Below are positions 6,413-8,946 of a DNA stretch of 8,946 nt, one piece after another; positions within the stretch are counted from its first letter, which is position 1, and each line of letters starts with the position of its first letter. A program made the position numbers and the translations under genes. Source of the DNA: Candidatus Saccharimonadota bacterium (GTDB lineage: Bacteria; Pseudomonadota; Gammaproteobacteria; Enterobacterales; Enterobacteriaceae); NCBI RefSeq assembly GCF_012571345.1, contig NZ_CP046218.1, positions 193,500 through 202,445 on the forward strand, in the 5' to 3' direction. The notes below the pieces were generated by a model. That model saw nothing but the letters and a program-made list of their open reading frames with translations. It searched no databases and had not been told where the DNA came from.

Positions 6413-7990
6413 ATGATAAGTAATACAAATAAATATGCATTTATTAGTGTTGTAAATAAATCTCATATTTTAACTCTAGTTAAAATATTGATACAATATA
6501 AGTACAAGATTATTGCTAATCTAAAAACGTATCTATTTTTAAAATCTCAAGGATATGAAGTTATTAATTTAGCTGACTATTTACAGGATAATGATCCTAT
6601 ATCTAATTTAAACTTATTAGTAAATAATAAGCTTTATAATGGGATTACTAGCAATAGAAGTATACAAGACATCACATTATTCAAACAACACAATATTTAT
6701 TTGATTGATTTAGTAGTTATTAATATACATGATTTTTATATTTATGATAATAATCAAGTCATTAATATTGAACGTTCAATTTATAATATTGATAATATTA
6801 CATTATATTTATTGTTATCAGCAGCAAAAAACTATAAGTATGTTACGTCCATAATCGATCATATTGACTATGATTTTATTATTAGTGAATTGCAATCTAA
6901 TTGTTTTATTTCTTTAAATACAAAAATACAACTAGCAAATAAAACTTTACATTATGTTTATTTATATATAAAAAAATTAGCTACCTTTTTTAACACGAAT
7001 CATGATTTTTTATTATATGAGAATGCAAATACAGACAACCGAAAATACAATATTAATAAATTATCTTTACAACAAAAAGATAATATACAGTTTGAATCAA
7101 TAGACTACCATCAAAAACAATTTCTAAATAACATAGAAGAATATTTACAACAAAGCAATTTACAGCAAATACAAGGGAAAGAATTAACATATATTGATTA
7201 CATTGCTGTTAAAATTATATTAGATTATTTCAATATTTTTATTCAACCAACATGTATGATTTTCCAGAAGACAAAATTATGTTCTGTAGCATCGCATGTA
7301 ATTTTAGTACAAGCTTATATCAATGCTTATTGTGCAAATAACGTTTTGATACAAAATGACATGATAATTGGTTTAAATCAACCATTAGATGTTGATACAG
7401 TAACACATATAGTCCAACATGCACATATTAAAATAATTTTAGTTCCTAATATTACACATAAAGCTCAACAAATTTTATCAAAGAAAAATATTATTGTATT
7501 AATATATAAATTAGATAAGAATTACAAAAAGTTCAATATACAGTATATTAATCAAGAGTATTTTATTAATAAATCTAATGATTACATTTTCCAGCAAAAA
7601 AACATTAATATTGTTAGTTTGCGTAAACCCACACAACAAGAAATGAAAGATATGTTTTTTTGCTGGAAAATTCTTAAATATATTAAAAGTAATAGTATTA
7701 TTTGTAGTAAAAATAATATTACCTTGGGAATTGGAAATAGTAAAACTAATTTACTGCATTCTATTAAAATAGCTATTAAAAATGCAAAGATAAATGGATT
7801 TAATATAAAGAATTCATGTATAGCTTCTGAAGTTTTTATTACTACAGAACAATGTATACATTATATAGCTAAATATGGTATTACATGTATTATACAACCT
7901 GGAGGTTCTATACATGATAAAATGATTATTAGTGTTGTTAACAAATATAATATATCTATGATTTTTACTAATATTCGCTATATATCATAA
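6413..7990 (+). CDS. purH: bifunctional AICAR formyltransferase / IMP cyclohydrolase homolog, highly divergent with eroded active-site motifs
   Basis: The 525-aa ORF is collinear with E. coli PurH (529 aa). Conserved islands include QGKELTY (vs QGKALSY), FCWKILKYIKSNSIICSKNNITLGIG (vs [26 protein letters not shown]), GITCIIQPGGSIHD (vs GVTCVIQPGGSIRD) and ISMIFTNIRY (vs IAMLFTDMRH). Elsewhere identity is low and many signature motifs are replaced (see findings). Confidence 0.8.
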   Translation: MISNTNKYAFISVVNKSHILTLVKILIQYKYKIIANLKTYLFLKSQGYEVINLADYLQDNDPISNLNLLVNNKLYNGITSNRSIQDITLFKQHNIYLIDLVVINIHDFYIYDNNQVINIERSIYNIDNITLYLLLSAAKNYKYVTSIIDHIDYDFIISELQSNCFISLNTKIQLANKTLHYVYLYIKKLATFFNTNHDFLLYENANTDNRKYNINKLSLQQKDNIQFESIDYHQKQFLNNIEEYLQQSNLQQIQGKELTYIDYIAVKIILDYFNIFIQPTCMIFQKTKLCSVASHVILVQAYINAYCANNVLIQNDMIIGLNQPLDVDTVTHIVQHAHIKIILVPNITHKAQQILSKKNIIVLIYKLDKNYKKFNIQYINQEYFINKSNDYIFQQKNINIVSLRKPTQQEMKDMFFCWKILKYIKSNSIICSKNNITLGIGNSKTNLLHSIKIAIKNAKINGFNIKNSCIASEVFITTEQCIHYIAKYGITCIIQPGGSIHDKMIISVVNKYNISMIFTNIRYIS

Positions 7991-8035
7991 TTTATAATAT
8001 AATACTTCTTATAATATTTTATATTTGGATACTAT

Positions 8036-8791
8036 ATGACAGATTGGGTAACTGGAAAGATAAAAAAAATAAAATATTGGCCTAAAGATTTATTTAGCGT
8101 TATTATACATGCTAATATTAATATGTTTATTCCAGGACAATTTACAAAATTATCTCTCAAAATTAATAATACACAAGTACAAAGAGCATATTCATATATT
8201 AATGCTCCAGAAAATAAAAATCACGAATTTTATATTAAAAATATTATTTGTGGTAAATTAACATCATATTTAAAATCATTAAAATATGATGATAATATTA
8301 TTATAGCTAAAAAAGCGTTTGGAACATTTACTATAAAAAATATTAATCCTTGTCAAAACTTATGGATGATTTCTACTGGGACAGGAATAGGTCCATATTT
8401 ATCAATCTTACAAGATGGTCAATGTTTTAAAAAATTTGAAAAAATTATTTTAATATACTCTATACCAAATATGGATTATTTTAGTTATTATAATTTAGTT
8501 ATGTTTTTATATAAAAAATATCATAAACAATTAATTATACAAATTGTTTTAACACAACAACATCATGTGAAAGATGAAAATATTTTATATGGACGCATAC
8601 CACAATTAATTTCAAATAAAATTTTAGAAAATAAAATTAATATTAAAATACATAAAGATTCTACACATGTGATGTTATGTGGGAATCCTAATATGATAAA
8701 AGAAACACAAAATATTTTACAACATGATTATAATTTAAGAAAAAATTATATTGATTTACAAGGTCATATTACTACAGAACAATATTGGTAA
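8036..8791 (+). CDS. fpr: ferredoxin/flavodoxin-NADP+ reductase
   Basis: The 251-aa ORF is collinear with E. coli Fpr (248 aa). Matches include MTDWVTGKIKKIKYW (vs MADWVTGKVTKVQNW), GQFTKL, VQRAYSY, LWMISTGTGIGPYLSIL, GRIPQLI, SHVMLCGNPNM and C-terminal TTEQYW (vs TAEHYW). Confidence 0.9.
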   Translation: MTDWVTGKIKKIKYWPKDLFSVIIHANINMFIPGQFTKLSLKINNTQVQRAYSYINAPENKNHEFYIKNIICGKLTSYLKSLKYDDNIIIAKKAFGTFTIKNINPCQNLWMISTGTGIGPYLSILQDGQCFKKFEKIILIYSIPNMDYFSYYNLVMFLYKKYHKQLIIQIVLTQQHHVKDENILYGRIPQLISNKILENKINIKIHKDSTHVMLCGNPNMIKETQNILQHDYNLRKNYIDLQGHITTEQYW

Positions 8792-8833
8792 TATGCATTA
8801 CAAAGAATTTATATAATATATGCGGTATAATAT

Positions 8834-8946
8834 ATGAAAAAATTTTTGATTATAGGTAATTGGAAATTACATGGAGATTTAAATTTTATAAGGCATAGTA
8901 TACAACAATTAATTCATTATATACAAAATAAAAAACTACTATATAG
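8834..8946 (+). CDS. tpiA: triosephosphate isomerase, first 37 codons; continues beyond the right window edge
   Basis: ATG at 8834 opens MKKFLIIGNWKLHGDLNFIRHSIQQLIHYIQNKKLLY, which remains open to the window end. IIGNWKLHG matches the TpiA N-terminal catalytic block (E. coli VMGNWKLNG). Adjacency to fpr echoes their proximity in E. coli. Confidence 0.8.
   Translation, partial: MKKFLIIGNWKLHGDLNFIRHSIQQLIHYIQNKKLLY

Overview
This is a very AT-rich, gene-dense window that looks like a reduced gammaproteobacterial (Enterobacterales-derived) insect-endosymbiont genome. The organism is not identifiable from the sequence alone. The minus strand carries tRNA-Trp(CCA), then ilvG, ilvM, a 970-bp ORF-free gap, ilvD, and ilvC, which runs off the left edge. 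I read the gap as an in-situ decayed ilvE. The plus strand carries a very divergent purH, then fpr, then the first 37 codons of tpiA. The window is essentially the enterobacterial ilvGMEDA-ilvYC region after genome reduction. The four steps shared by Val/Leu/Ile synthesis (AHAS II, KARI, DHAD) are intact and well conserved. The terminal transaminase ilvE is a stop-riddled remnant, and ilvA and ilvY have been deleted down to a 146-bp spacer. I see no CRISPR array, IS or phage element, defence-like gene, or unexplained multi-gene system. The observations worth a second look are the recognisable ilvE remnant, a full-length purH ORF that has lost most catalytic motifs, and a perfect 26-nt palindrome between ilvD and ilvC. 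All homology statements are by-eye alignments against E. coli sequences recalled from memory and need computational confirmation.
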